The notes under the pieces: generated by a model | Told to the model about the DNA's origin: nothing | What the model saw: the letters and a program-made list of their open reading frames with translations, nothing else | Database searches by the model: none | Shown here: one piece after another, positions 22,533 to 42,600 of the stretch | Layout: each line of letters opens with the position of its first letter | Position numbering within the stretch: the stretch's first letter is position 1 | Program-made: the position numbers and the translations under genes | Source of the DNA: Intoshia linei | Taxonomy: Eukaryota > Animalia > Orthonectida | Direction: 5' to 3' | NCBI GenBank assembly: GCA_001642005.1 | Contig: LWCA01000056.1 | Coordinates: forward strand, 1 to 64,000 | Length of the DNA stretch: 64,000 nucleotides

Positions 22533-23465
22533 TTATTCCCATTTATTTATTTTCATCAAATGAACAGATTCCAATATATATTTACCCTCTTTGTATTTTT
22601 CACATTGTGCCGGCGATCTTTGCTAAATTGATTTTAATATATTTGATACATCATTGTTTATGTCGTTCAAGTTCAGGCTGACACGAGATTTTGAGAATTT
22701 ATAATAATTACGACAAATGTAACCATTTAACAAATGATCTTAGAAATTACCAATTACCCCACAATTTTCCTGTTAGATGAAAAAATAAAATACATAGTTT
22801 TGATTATAATCAATGGCTATTAACCGTAAGGGCTGAGAATTACTGAAATTGAATTATTATTTTTATCAGTATTTTCGAGATGTACTAAATAAAGTCATAC
22901 ATATTTCCATCCTACAATGACTTCGCAAAATGTACAATGAATATCACATACTCTGTGTACACCAGTCATGAATAATCGTTCTTCAGATTTTCCTAATGTT
23001 ATATTGAGTACTTTGATAGCTAAATATGCATCTCCACTACTTCCATGAAAAGCCTAAAATTAAGTATTTAAAAAAGTATTAATATTATTATCACACCTTG
23101 CTGATAATATCGTTCCGATTGAGCAAATGGCTGTTACACCTCAAACACGTATAAAAAACTTTACTATCAGCAACATATTGTTTGTTTGGTTTATATCTAA
23201 AAGATGAATTATTAAACAGTTCTTTTACTCCTAAACTGTAAAATACTGTAAAATTTCTTATTTGGATATTCATCATACATAAGTAAATAACAATATTCAA
23301 AATTTTAAATTTAGTATTTAATGGTTTCCAAGTCTTAAAATGTAAATCTATGGATTTTTGCAATCAGTTATCAATTGCAAAAAATACACAAATTAATTAA
23401 GCATACACAATTGGAGTTTAGGAGAGAAATATTTACTTATTAGACAAACTTAAACTCAAGTACAT
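22533..23465 (-). CDS. YPEL: Yippee-like (YPEL) Zn-binding protein
   Basis: Exons 23097-23235, 22901-23053 and 22533-22622 give YTCLRCNSHLLNRNDIISKAFHGSSGDAYL...EERLFMTGVHRVCDIHCTFCEVIVGWKY...KYKEGKYILE...KWE*. Start at 23465 is tentative. Confidence 0.92.
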
Positions 23466-23944
23466 TGAAATGTAATCAAAATGATGATTAAAGATTCAAT
23501 GTATTGGATGAGCCGTGTCCATTGAACGTGAATGTTATTTTAGGTTTATCTAACCAACCTGGAAGACAAAATCAATTTAAATGAAAAATAATTACAAATT
23601 AAAAAATGTACTAAGTTGGCAGCAACATTAAAAAATGAGATTATTGCCAAAATTTTTTAAATTTTCCTTTGACCTCTTTGTGAATCTAATGATTTATTAA
23701 CTCGTCGATAGACAAAAAAATTAATTATGTAATACATTCCAGATTCCAAAATTTTTACTGTTACAATAAACTTAGATGTATAAGTCTATAAAATAAGAAA
23801 AGTCAGCGTATGTAGCAATACATTTTTCCAGTTTTCTAAAATTTAAAAAATTTATTAATGTGAATTGTTTTACTGTTTATCTGGACACTAATTTTGAATG
23901 ATATTCAATAAACTTTACTTGTTTATTATTTAAATTTCAAAGTT

Positions 23945-31390
<7,446 letters not shown>

Positions 31391-31674
31391 AAGAGCATAT
31401 ATACATGTATATTTATAATTAAATTTGCATTTTACATAAAACATTGTTAATTAAATATATAATTATAATTTGTAGCGCCTGTTTTATATTTTACGTGTTA
31501 TAAATCAAATGCGACTCATTAAAATATTTTTCATTGTTGATTTTTAGTTCAATTATTATTTTGTTTTATTTTAAATTTAATTAAACAGTAAAATTGTAAT
31601 TACACTTAGACAAAATTGATTTTAACATATGTACTTTTACTGATACAACCACCTGTTTTAATTTTCATTTTAAG

Positions 31675-34600
31675 ATGACAGTGGAAAATGAAAAAATTAG
31701 TCCTAAAGTTTTATATGTACGCCGCCGTAAGAATTCCTTTATGTACGATGAAAAGTATAAGGAGAGTAAACAATTTTTAAAATCGGACTTGTTTATTTTT
31801 AGGCAAGACGTTAAATCAAACAGGTTTTACATTTTTATTTTATATTTTTCTCTGATTATTATTTGATAAGTTTGAATTTATTGTGAATTTTTATAAATAC
31901 AGTGTGATTGTGTGGGTTTATTTCAATCTAAAATTTTAGTTTCTTTTAAAATTTAAAGTTGACAAATTTAAATTATTAATTTATAGTACAGTTCAATAAT
32001 ATTATATCACTTTTAATGTTTATTAAATTTGAATAATTAGACTAGTCAAATTTTAAATCAAAACATGAACCGTTCAAATATTTAATAGTCGGTTTTCGCC
32101 TACTGAATTCGGGGAAATGTAAGTTTTACATTTGAAGTAGGCTTTGTAAATTCGGTAGAAAAATTTAAAATTTAAATTCAAGTTGACAAAAATTTAAGGA
32201 TTATTACCTCTACTATTAAAGGTTACCTCAATATTTTCTAATATGTTAAATATATCAATTATATTCAACATTTTAGATATTACTTATTTTTAATAGAAAT
32301 ATATAATCATAATTATCATCAAGTAAATTGAATATATTGATATTACATATAAGAAAGGATATAATCAAAATTAAGATATGTTTAATAATGTATTCAATCC
32401 AATTTGTATTCATTTTAAATTGATTTCTAAAATTTATTGGAAATAGACATTACATTTATCTTTTATAATGATTCACTATTATTACACATCACTTCACTTA
32501 ATTATAGTATAACATTTTTATTTTAATTAACCTCATTTTACTGACATTATAGTATATATATTTATTGGATATTTATTTAAATTAGCTTAAGCAAAGAGTT
32601 GTTGCGTTTTGAACCACCCCACTTTATTTCAAACTATATTATCAACCCAATTAAATTATTTTTCTATGGACATTATTAAATATTTAAACATATCATTATT
32701 TACCTAAAAACTGCGTGTAAATATATTTCGTATTCGGTCATGGATATTTAACAATTATTATAATTTTATAGCGTAGTTTATGGACTAAAGCCTTTGTAGG
32801 CTTTATTCTTGAAATCTATACCTTAGATAATATTAAATTATTATTAAGTAACATAATAAATAACATGTCAAGTCTTCCCATTTAAGACAAATTATAAAAA
32901 TATTTCATTAAAAAATTTTCAAATCAGATATGTGTACGGTATGTTACACTGTCCAACAAAATTTCGACAAACTAACCGAAACTTTTGTTATATGTAAGTG
33001 AACCAGTATACATATATTTTTAAAAAAAATTTATTAATTTCCAGATCGACTTTGGATTTAATTAAGGGTCAAAGTTTTTTTTTAAAGAGGTACACTCTAC
33101 CGTGATGTCTATTTACAATTAACATTGTATAATACAAATGGTAAAATTGATAGATAGACATACATATATATAAAAAAAATTGTCATTAATTATTTAATTA
33201 CCTTAATTAATTAACTCTAATTTTAAGGCAACATCGACAAACAATATGAAATAAAAATTTTCTGGATGTACTACTTACATTACACGTAAAATCGACTTTT
33301 TCGGGTTACCCCTAGACCAGTGGTTCTTAACCTTTTCTGACCTATGCACCCTTGATTAAAAATCAATTAATACAATATTAATTATAAATGAAGTGTTAAC
33401 TAGTTACTTAAATTAAACAGATAAAATTTAATAATTAAAGCTGATTTTGTGACAATAATGGTCGTGGAGAGGCAGCAGTAGGTCCGGGCTCGATGGAAAG
33501 TATAGGCCCATATAAAAAATTTTTTAAAAATGGACCTCTATACATTAATTAATCGAACGTTCATTATTTAAAAATTAAAGATTAAAAATTTCCAATATAT
33601 TGATTTCTTGATTTCTTTTTAAATCACAAACAGTAATCATATGGACTCTTTCTTTTATGGTTTGATTTCTTTCAAAATTTCGTCGAGGTCCCTGGAAGAA
33701 GCTATCGGTATGATAGGTTCGGCACTGACTGGGTTTTTTCGTTTGTTTATGAATTATATATAAAGTATAGTAAAGTATGAATTAATTGACTACTAAAAAT
33801 TAAAGTTTTAAAATTAAGAAATTATGTTTAATTTCAACAAATATAAATGAAACCGAATTTTCTAATTTATACTAATAAAATTTCAAAAACAATGAAAACG
33901 CACCATTTTAAACGTATTAACAAATTACTCATTTTGATTTTACAGTGTACAATTAATAATGTAATTAAATGTAATGTTAATGCGATGGCAGTGTCTTGCT
34001 AATCGTAATGCAACAATCAATTGATAAAATCCTGTTTTAATTAAATTGCGTAATTACTAATTACTAAAAATGAAAAAATTTCAAAAAATTAAAAGTCACT
34101 GTTCAAATTTTTACAAAAATTTAACTCCCTTCCCAACCAAACCAATTACAATAAAAATAACTAGCCCATCTGAAAAATCCAAGCAAATTGAACTTACAGA
34201 CTCACCTAAATGTGAAAGTAACCCATGCGAAACTTCAACATCTAAAATTACTGAAAATGTGCCAATTATTAAGTATTTTTGATCAAATTTAAATATTTTA
34301 TTATTAATATTATTAAATTTAGAACATCAGATGAATTTTTAATTACACCATTTGCTCAAATTTTGGGATGTCTTTCGAAAACGATATTAAATTTTGATAA
34401 TTTTAAACAAATTGCTGGAAATAATGACGATAAAGAAAATATTCACAAAATGGGTATTTTTTTACAATATATTATTTTAATTTATAATACATTTATACCA
34501 TTATAGCGGATGAAATATCAAGTAATTTGAATTGGTGTCTTAAACTGTTGAAGGAAATCCATATTAATCATTCATTAAGCGATTTAACAAATAAAAAATT

Positions 34601-37600
34601 TGTTCGACTGCTCACTGAAGAACTTTCTCCAATTGATAACAATCAAATAAATGACTATATTTACGCTAATTTTTTAGGTAATTTATAATTTTAATTATAA
34701 TATAATTTACATTTAATTTGATAACACTAGCCTGTCTGTTTTGTAATTTGTACAAACAGTATCTAGGTCTCTGAGGGTGGAATTTTTTAAATGTATACTT
34801 TCACACATGTAGTATATTATGTATGAAATTTTTTCATTTTAATTATCTGAAAATTAAATCACTTTCTAAGTATTGTTATAAATTCAAATTTTTTTAAAAT
34901 TAAAACTATCAAAAATGAAATTTTTCATGAAGAAATTGAAATGTATTATAAATGTATTAATAAATTTTTTTGAATTTTTATTAATACAAAAAATGAATAC
35001 TAAAGTGATTTTTTATGGTGAAAGGGTCAATTTGTGATATTGACATTTTTGGTGTATTTTAACTGGAAATAACTGTATTAGCTCGGATGTAATAACTAAA
35101 ATATCATGCTCAGAAATTGATGCCTCGGGTCAAAAACCTAAATTACTTTTTTTTTTGAATTTAAGAATTGTCTCTGAATTGAGGTTTTTTAAATTGAGAC
35201 AGCTTTAAATAATTTTTAATCTTGTAAAATTTATTGTTTACGTTATAATTAATGTGATAGAAACTATGAAATTTTTTTTGCAAAAACTGAAATTCCATCG
35301 CGGCACGAGGTCAAGGATCCCTGAAATAGACCATTAAAATTATGTTAAAAAATTAAATTTAAAATCCCATCCATACTTACATGTTGCAAGAATTGTAGTT
35401 ATCTATTATATTTCAAATTTTAATGCTCATTACAAAATTGTAAAAAATATACATTTTAACATACGAATCATTTTAATCAATTTAACAGACACACATATGG
35501 AATTTGATAGTTTATCAAGATTACGTCGCATTTCGAAACTTTCGTCTATTCACGAAGAAACAAAATTAAAAAAATTGCAAAAATACAAACCAAAACAAAA
35601 ATATCTGTTTGGTGTTCCTTGTAGCGATGAAGAAAAAATGATTGAGGTATTAACATTAAAATATAGTTTTAATCTTTTTTGTTACAATATTGTACAATAT
35701 TGTATTATAATAATTCAAATAATGAAAAAACATAATATGATAATCAAATATGATAATAATGTCAGATTGGACTATTGGTTATTCCAGCAATCTCACGTTA
35801 CTATTATAGTAATTATTGCACTTTAGTTAATTAGGAAGATTCTTTTGTTTGCTTATAACAATAGAACAACAGAGTTTACACGAGTGATCTTTTGGGACAT
35901 AACGCCATTACTAGTTTAACGTTCCCCAGTTGAGAAAAACTGTTTAAACTTTAAACATATATCTAATTGTTAATAATAATACTTAGACTAATATACATTT
36001 TATTTTTTTAATAGTTAATGAATGATTGCTGTAACTGGAATTTCAACATTTTGCAGTTATCGGAGTTGACTAATAATCGTCCATTAACTTCAATTTTTTA
36101 TCAAATTTTGCGCCAAGAAAATTTGATTAATTTATTAAAATTGGACGAAAAAAAATTGATTTCTTTCATTTCTATTATAGAATCTCTCTATAATAGTAAA
36201 TTACCGTATCATAACAAGTATTTAATTTTTTATTTTTATAAATTATAGTTTTATATGGTATGTTACCTTCTGTGTGAGGTTTAAAGTTTTATGAAACTAC
36301 CGGTTTGCATGACATAATACAATTATAAAAATTAATTTTAACCAAACCTAAAGGAACACATCAATCTTAGGCCTATCTTTACCCAATCTAAAGGCCGCAT
36401 AATTGACACCCTGATCATGATTTTGAAACTTCATATGGATGGTAGCATACACTCTGTGCCGTGTAGAGATTCGTCATTCTAAAATGAGTTTACATTAAAG
36501 ATTTGTTTGCAATTGTAATAGAACCTGATTTCGAGATTCTGAACCCAATTAATTAATTTATAATACTATTTGTTGATTAATATAATTTATATTTTTAAGA
36601 TTTGGTCTAATCCAGCCTCTGGATACCAATTCTGGTTTGGCTTCTTTGTTGATGTGATATCACAAAAATGTTAATTTTTTTGTGCACGCAACATTAAATT
36701 TTAATATATAAAATTATATAGTATTCAGTGATATCTAGTAACATTTTTTTTACAATACTGAAATATCGTGCCACAGACATTAAAAATCTCTGCATGTGTA
36801 ATAATTTATCACTAATACATTTACTAAAATGGTTTTTTAATTTTTCGGACCGTTCTATCTTGGCATGGCACTTAATACATGTGTAAATTTATAAATATCT
36901 AGCCTCCATGCTGCAGATGTTACTAAATCTAGCTATATTTTGAGTCAAATGAATCCAGTTAAAGTAAATAATTATATATTAATTTATGATTTTAAAATCC
37001 GTATCAGAGTGTATATTTCTTTATATTCTCGAACTCGTTTGATTTTCAAAAAAAAGGAAAATTTATTTTGGTAACACTCCCGGAAAAAACTGTAATTGAA
37101 ATGTGGACTTTATAAAATATTAAGACTGGTAGTTATTGAAATAAACGGTAACACACACAGACAAACAAATAGTACAAAGTTTATTATATAAGTAATGATA
37201 TACAGTGCCCCAGTAATATTATTTTTTATGGAATTATATTATTTATCTCGTGAGACCCTTCCCAGCGCCAACACGTTTTTTTCACGATTTACTTTAACTA
37301 GTGTTCACCAAACTTTTTTTCATCCTCACCCTTTTAAGAAAATACTATTTTGTAATTATTCAAAGTTGGCAAATATTATACTACAATTGTATCTGAATTT
37401 TTTTTAATGTATTTCGATAACGGCGAAGATTCACTTGAACGATGTATTATTAGAGCGTTAAACTTAAGCTTAAGATTTTTTGACCAAATTTTTGTGGGTT
37501 TTTTTGCTATTTTTGAGTATAATTTTTTCAATTTTATTGAAAATAATTTTGATAAAGTTTTTAGGAATTTGAAGTTTATTTCACCCAATTTTTAGAGATT

Positions 37601-39587
37601 TTAAAGTATTTTTGGTCCCAAAATTTGGTTAGGGTTTTTAAAGTAATTTTTTTTACCCAATTTTAAAAGATAATTTTGGTAGGGTTTATAAGGGAAAATA
37701 TTTTGAAGATAATTTTATATCATTTTTAAGGAAATGTTTTTTACATTTGAAGGGATCTTTAAAATTTGGGTTGATAACAAATCACTGAAGAACAAATTGT
37801 GGACTCTAAATTATCTTCAAAATTTAAAAATGGCGTGAAAAAGTTTCCCCTAAGGATTCCCTAATTAAAACTACAAAAATTTCATGAAAAAATGAACAAT
37901 ATGATAAATTTGTAAAATCAATGTAAAATTATATCGCTCTAAGATGTATCGCTACAAAAATAAATCGCACAAATGAAGATCGCTCTAGAGAAATTGCTCC
38001 CGATTCAAATAGATAACGAAGCTCAATTTCAAAATATTTACTTTTTTGACCTCAAAGGAAACATGGAATATAGAATATTTATGAAAAAATGGGATTTTTC
38101 CCTGAAGGTTTGAAATGATATTTTTTATTGCTGTTGGGATAAAAGTGGGATTTTTAAAATAATAATGTAGCGGTTTTCTAGGCTTTAGGATAAATTCCCA
38201 ACTTGTGGCAACTCTGTAATAAATATTAAAAATAAACAAAAGTTAATATTCTATTTGAATTTCAAGGACCCAGACATATCGTTTTGGACCCTAAGGGGTC
38301 CAAGGACGCCAAATCTGGAACAACTGCTCTGCAGAATAGACGTCTGCGCTAACCACTTTGGATAACACTTTTTTAATGTAAAAAATCAAAAATATTTTGC
38401 CTTTCTTATCATTGTCTTAATGATTAAGACTTAATCAATCTACGTTGAACTTATATTTAGAAATGTCTTTCTAATTTGGATTTATTTTCATTAATTTTTG
38501 CTGCAGCAATTCATGATGTTGATCATAAAGGATTATCGAATAGTTTTTTAAGCAAAACAAGTAAATTATTCTGAATAAAAATAAAAAACATTGAAAATTT
38601 AATTCATGTAAAATTTAGATCTTGAATTTGCCATTTTATACAACGACAATTCAATTTTAGAAAACCATCATTTAGCCACATCATTTGCATATTTACAAAA
38701 CGAGGATTTAAATTTTATCAAATCTTTTTCCATTAGCGAGAAAAGTAAATTTCGGAGAACAGTTATAGATATTGTAATTAATAATTTAATGAAATGTTTA
38801 TAAAACTATAAATTAAATATAAAAGTGATTAGATTTATTATTTAAAATTTAGATTGTTTAAAATGAATTCATTTAGGTCTTGGCTACCGACATGTCCAAA
38901 CACATGAATTTATTATCAGAAATGACGACATTCTTGGAAACTAAGGTTGAAAAAAATAGCGAAATTTCTTTAACTAAATACAACGAAAAAATTATTGTAC
39001 TAAAAAACCTGGTACATTGCGCTGATTTGGGAAATCCAACAATGGAATTGCCAGTTTATCAGCATTGGGTAAAAGCCATAATGGCAGAGTTGTTTAGTCA
39101 AGGGGACATTGAAAAATCTCTAGGTATGACTACGAGTCCCATGTGTGATAGAGAAACCGCTAGCATTGAAATGAATCAGGTAAATTTGATTGTACATAAT
39201 GAATTTAAATTGGGGATCAAAAATAAAAAATTATTCATTTTAAAATGTTAGTCCATTAAAATATTTAGTCAGTTCTTTTAAAATTACGCTGGTTTTAATG
39301 TATCATATCTGGTTATTAGAAACCTTGCTTTCAATTTAGATAAATGTCAAATTAACTAGGTTTTCTGGTTATTTGACCCGCGAGTCAAAAATTTTAGCGG
39401 CCACTGCAATAATTTACCTATAAAATTTAATTTATTCATTTAGATTAGTTTTATAAATGTAATTGTTATACCTATATGGGACATTTGGTCTCAGCTTGTA
39501 CATCCCCATGCAGATTTTATTATGAAACAGATCAATGTGAATAAAGAATATTATCAAAGTATTATAGATGTTGAAAATAAAAATTAA
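31675..39587 (+). CDS. PDE4: cAMP-specific phosphodiesterase PDE4 (dunce-like), long form
   Basis: UCR1 RRKNSFMY...LITPFAQIL; UCR2 LNWCLKLL...KKFVRLL; catalytic PYHNNLHAADV, AAAIHDVDHKG, YNDNSILENHH, LATDMSKH, VHCADLGNP, FSQGDIEK...SPMCDR, QISFI; TAA 39585-87. Confidence 0.95.
32947..33317. mobile_element. Truncated second copy of the Chapaev-like element end
   Basis: Near-identical to 10566-~10942; again preceded by TTA. Confidence 0.85.
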
Positions 39588-39609
39588 TTGTAAATTTAAA
39601 TATAATTAT

Positions 39610-42600
39610 TTATTTGTTCAGATTGACAATTGGAACAATTTCGCTTTCGTTTATTATTTTTTCATCGCTTCCAGAGCATATACCTATAATTATTATTTGT
39701 TAATCACAATGTAAAAAAACAAAAATCTATACATGTACCATTACAATCTATCAAATTTTCTAGAGAATTTGATATAGTTTAAATTTTTTTTAAATTTTCA
39801 ACAATATTTTTATGGGTCAAAAATGAAATTGTAACCGGTAATGTCAATATTATGATCTGATCAAGCAGAATCACGCATAATTCGTATCCCGAAAATGAGA
39901 AATTTATAAAATTAACACTTAAATTTATAAACTTTGTTAAAATAAAATTATACTAAAAATAATAAATAATAGTAAACATACCTTTGTAATGATATTTTGA
40001 TCGCCTGTCAATTGGTTTAATTATCTAAATTATTTTATTTAATGTATAATACATTTAAACTTTAAATGCGCACATTAGAGATTTATCGATAGTCATCATT
40101 CCACCAGCATTGTCAAATTCTCCGCAGTAATTGGGTGCTAAACAAATACATTTGACAAATAAATATTTAAATAATTAATTATAAGGGAAGAAAATAACAA
40201 TATACAGACAGTTTTCAAATTATTACCTGAAAATAAAGTAACAACCTGTCTTCCATGCGCAAATTCGTAACCATCTTCAACAACCTATATAAAAATTAAT
40301 AATTACATTAAGACTCAGGCGGAAAAATTTACTACATGAAAAAATATAATAGACCAGTTATAAGTTTTAACTTGGAACAAATGGGTAACTTTGAAAAATC
40401 AAAACATTCATCAATTCTACTACTGTATACCATTTATATGTATATTTGAATTGCAAAAGCGACCATGTTGCTAAACTTTGGGTAAACAATTTAATCTTTG
40501 CAAGAAAAATTAAAAAAAATATTTGCATGCCAAATTGAAATTAGATAACTAACCGAAATATGTTAAATACTGAAATAATATATAACCTGGTGGGCTCTAA
40601 TCAAAACATCAAAGTCATGAAGATTTAAAAATTTTGTTACAACAGTTTTTCCAAAGGTAAACGATACTCCCCTGTCGTTCTCACCCCAAACATCATTATA
40701 GGGATCAGGATCAGACCACAATAAATCGCATAGTAAACCTAAACAGAATAATACAAATATATTCAACACAGCGCCGTGTTGAGCTAAAAGAGTTAATTTA
40801 TATTAATTTGGAAATGAACAGCGCCAGTCAACTACTTGAACTAATTAAAATCCAAATTTTGACAAAAAATAAATAAATATTATATAATTGTAATTTATAT
40901 CAATAGAGGTGAAATTTTTTTTTTTGATTTGGTCCACAGGTAAAAAATAGTGTTATCCCTGATTTAAAGTATAAAAATATATTTTTAATTAATTATATAT
41001 AATAAAAATTATTTTACTGGGGTTAAAGTTTTAGAAACACTAAATTAAATGTTAATACAATAAAATGATAATAAATTCAGTACAAACCTGTGTCAGGTAT
41101 ATCGATGGGTCGGACGATTTTTTCTATTTGACTCATCTCTTCAAGATCAGGTGAAAGACCTATCAATAAATATAATAAACATTAATACACAATTAGTCAT
41201 AAAAATACGCAAGTAGTAAAGGTTAATGATAAATTGTATAATTAATCTATACTTAAAATTAATTCTTTTGGGACCAATTTTTTATCTTATCTGATAATGT
41301 GTAATACATGGTAATTTTAATTTATGGTAGTTATTATAAAACATGGTTAACACTATGCGTATGGCAAAATTTTAATTTTGTTTGTATTTCTATATTTTGC
41401 AACTACTGCATGAAGTATATAACACAAATGTTACCAATGGAAAATTATAAAAGAGATTGATCATGATTAGGCCGTGGAGAGGCAGAAGTAGGCCAAGTCA
41501 GATGAAAATTGTAGGCCCCTTATAAAATGTTTTTCTATACATTGCTTAATCGATAGTGCATTATCTAAAAATTATCAATAACTGTTCGAAATCGCATTGG
41601 TTATCGAAATTTTGATATATTTAATAAATTTTCCAATATTATCTATTAATAAATTAAAAAAGTAGTCCCTCATGATTGTAGGTCCGGGACATATGACCTT
41701 AGCCACCTCTCTACGGTTCTGATCATGATTAGGGCAATCAAAAGTCACGAAAATACATTTTTGAAACGTAAAAAATATTCAATTACCATCACTATTATAC
41801 CATATTATATAAATTAATTGGCTAATTAAAATTTTAATAAATAATAGAGAGTTTTCCCTTGTCAACCCTAAGAGACAGAGCCGAAAATACCAATTTTGAT
41901 GTCATCCGAAAATTAAAAATAGAACCCAAATTTTTTTTGCAAACGATGTGTAGTGTCACATGGCCCTTAGGCACCTTTTAAATATAATACACAAAATAGG
42001 TAATAGTCAAGAATATATTATTTATACTATTATATTAATACTCAATTTGGTAAAAATCACTATGATGCTACCATGTTACTAAAATTTTATTGTAGCCCCA
42101 CCCGACGAGGGTTTCGGTACGATAGGTTCGGCAATGTTGACAAGGATTGTAGGATTGTCTACAAGGGATTGAAAAAATATAAAAAATTCACATAAAAATG
42201 GTCACTCACCATTGGTCAGCATAAAATTATAAATTATTTTTTGATACCTCCATGACAGCAGAATAATTTGTTCTCAATTATAGCTGCAACAGGTAAACAA
42301 TTGAAGCAATCTGTAAATAATTTCCACATTTTTACATTGTAACGACGTTTACCTAAAATAATAATTACAGTTGTTATAAAAAATGTACGTTTTCATTTTT
42401 TATCTCTACCATTTCACTTTCAATGTGATAAAAAATTACAATCGATGTGATAATTGCTAAATTCAAATGTTAATAATGTTACACTGTAATATAAAATACA
42501 CTGATAAATTTTATATATATTATCACATAGTTCGTAATTATTATCATATTGCAAGTGGAATGGTATAGATCAGGGATACCCAAACCTGTCGATCGCAGAT

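Noticed and set aside
36410-36530. Possible box C/D snoRNA in a PDE4 intron
   Set aside because: Box C is imperfect (ATGATTT) and I recognised no rRNA guide complementarity
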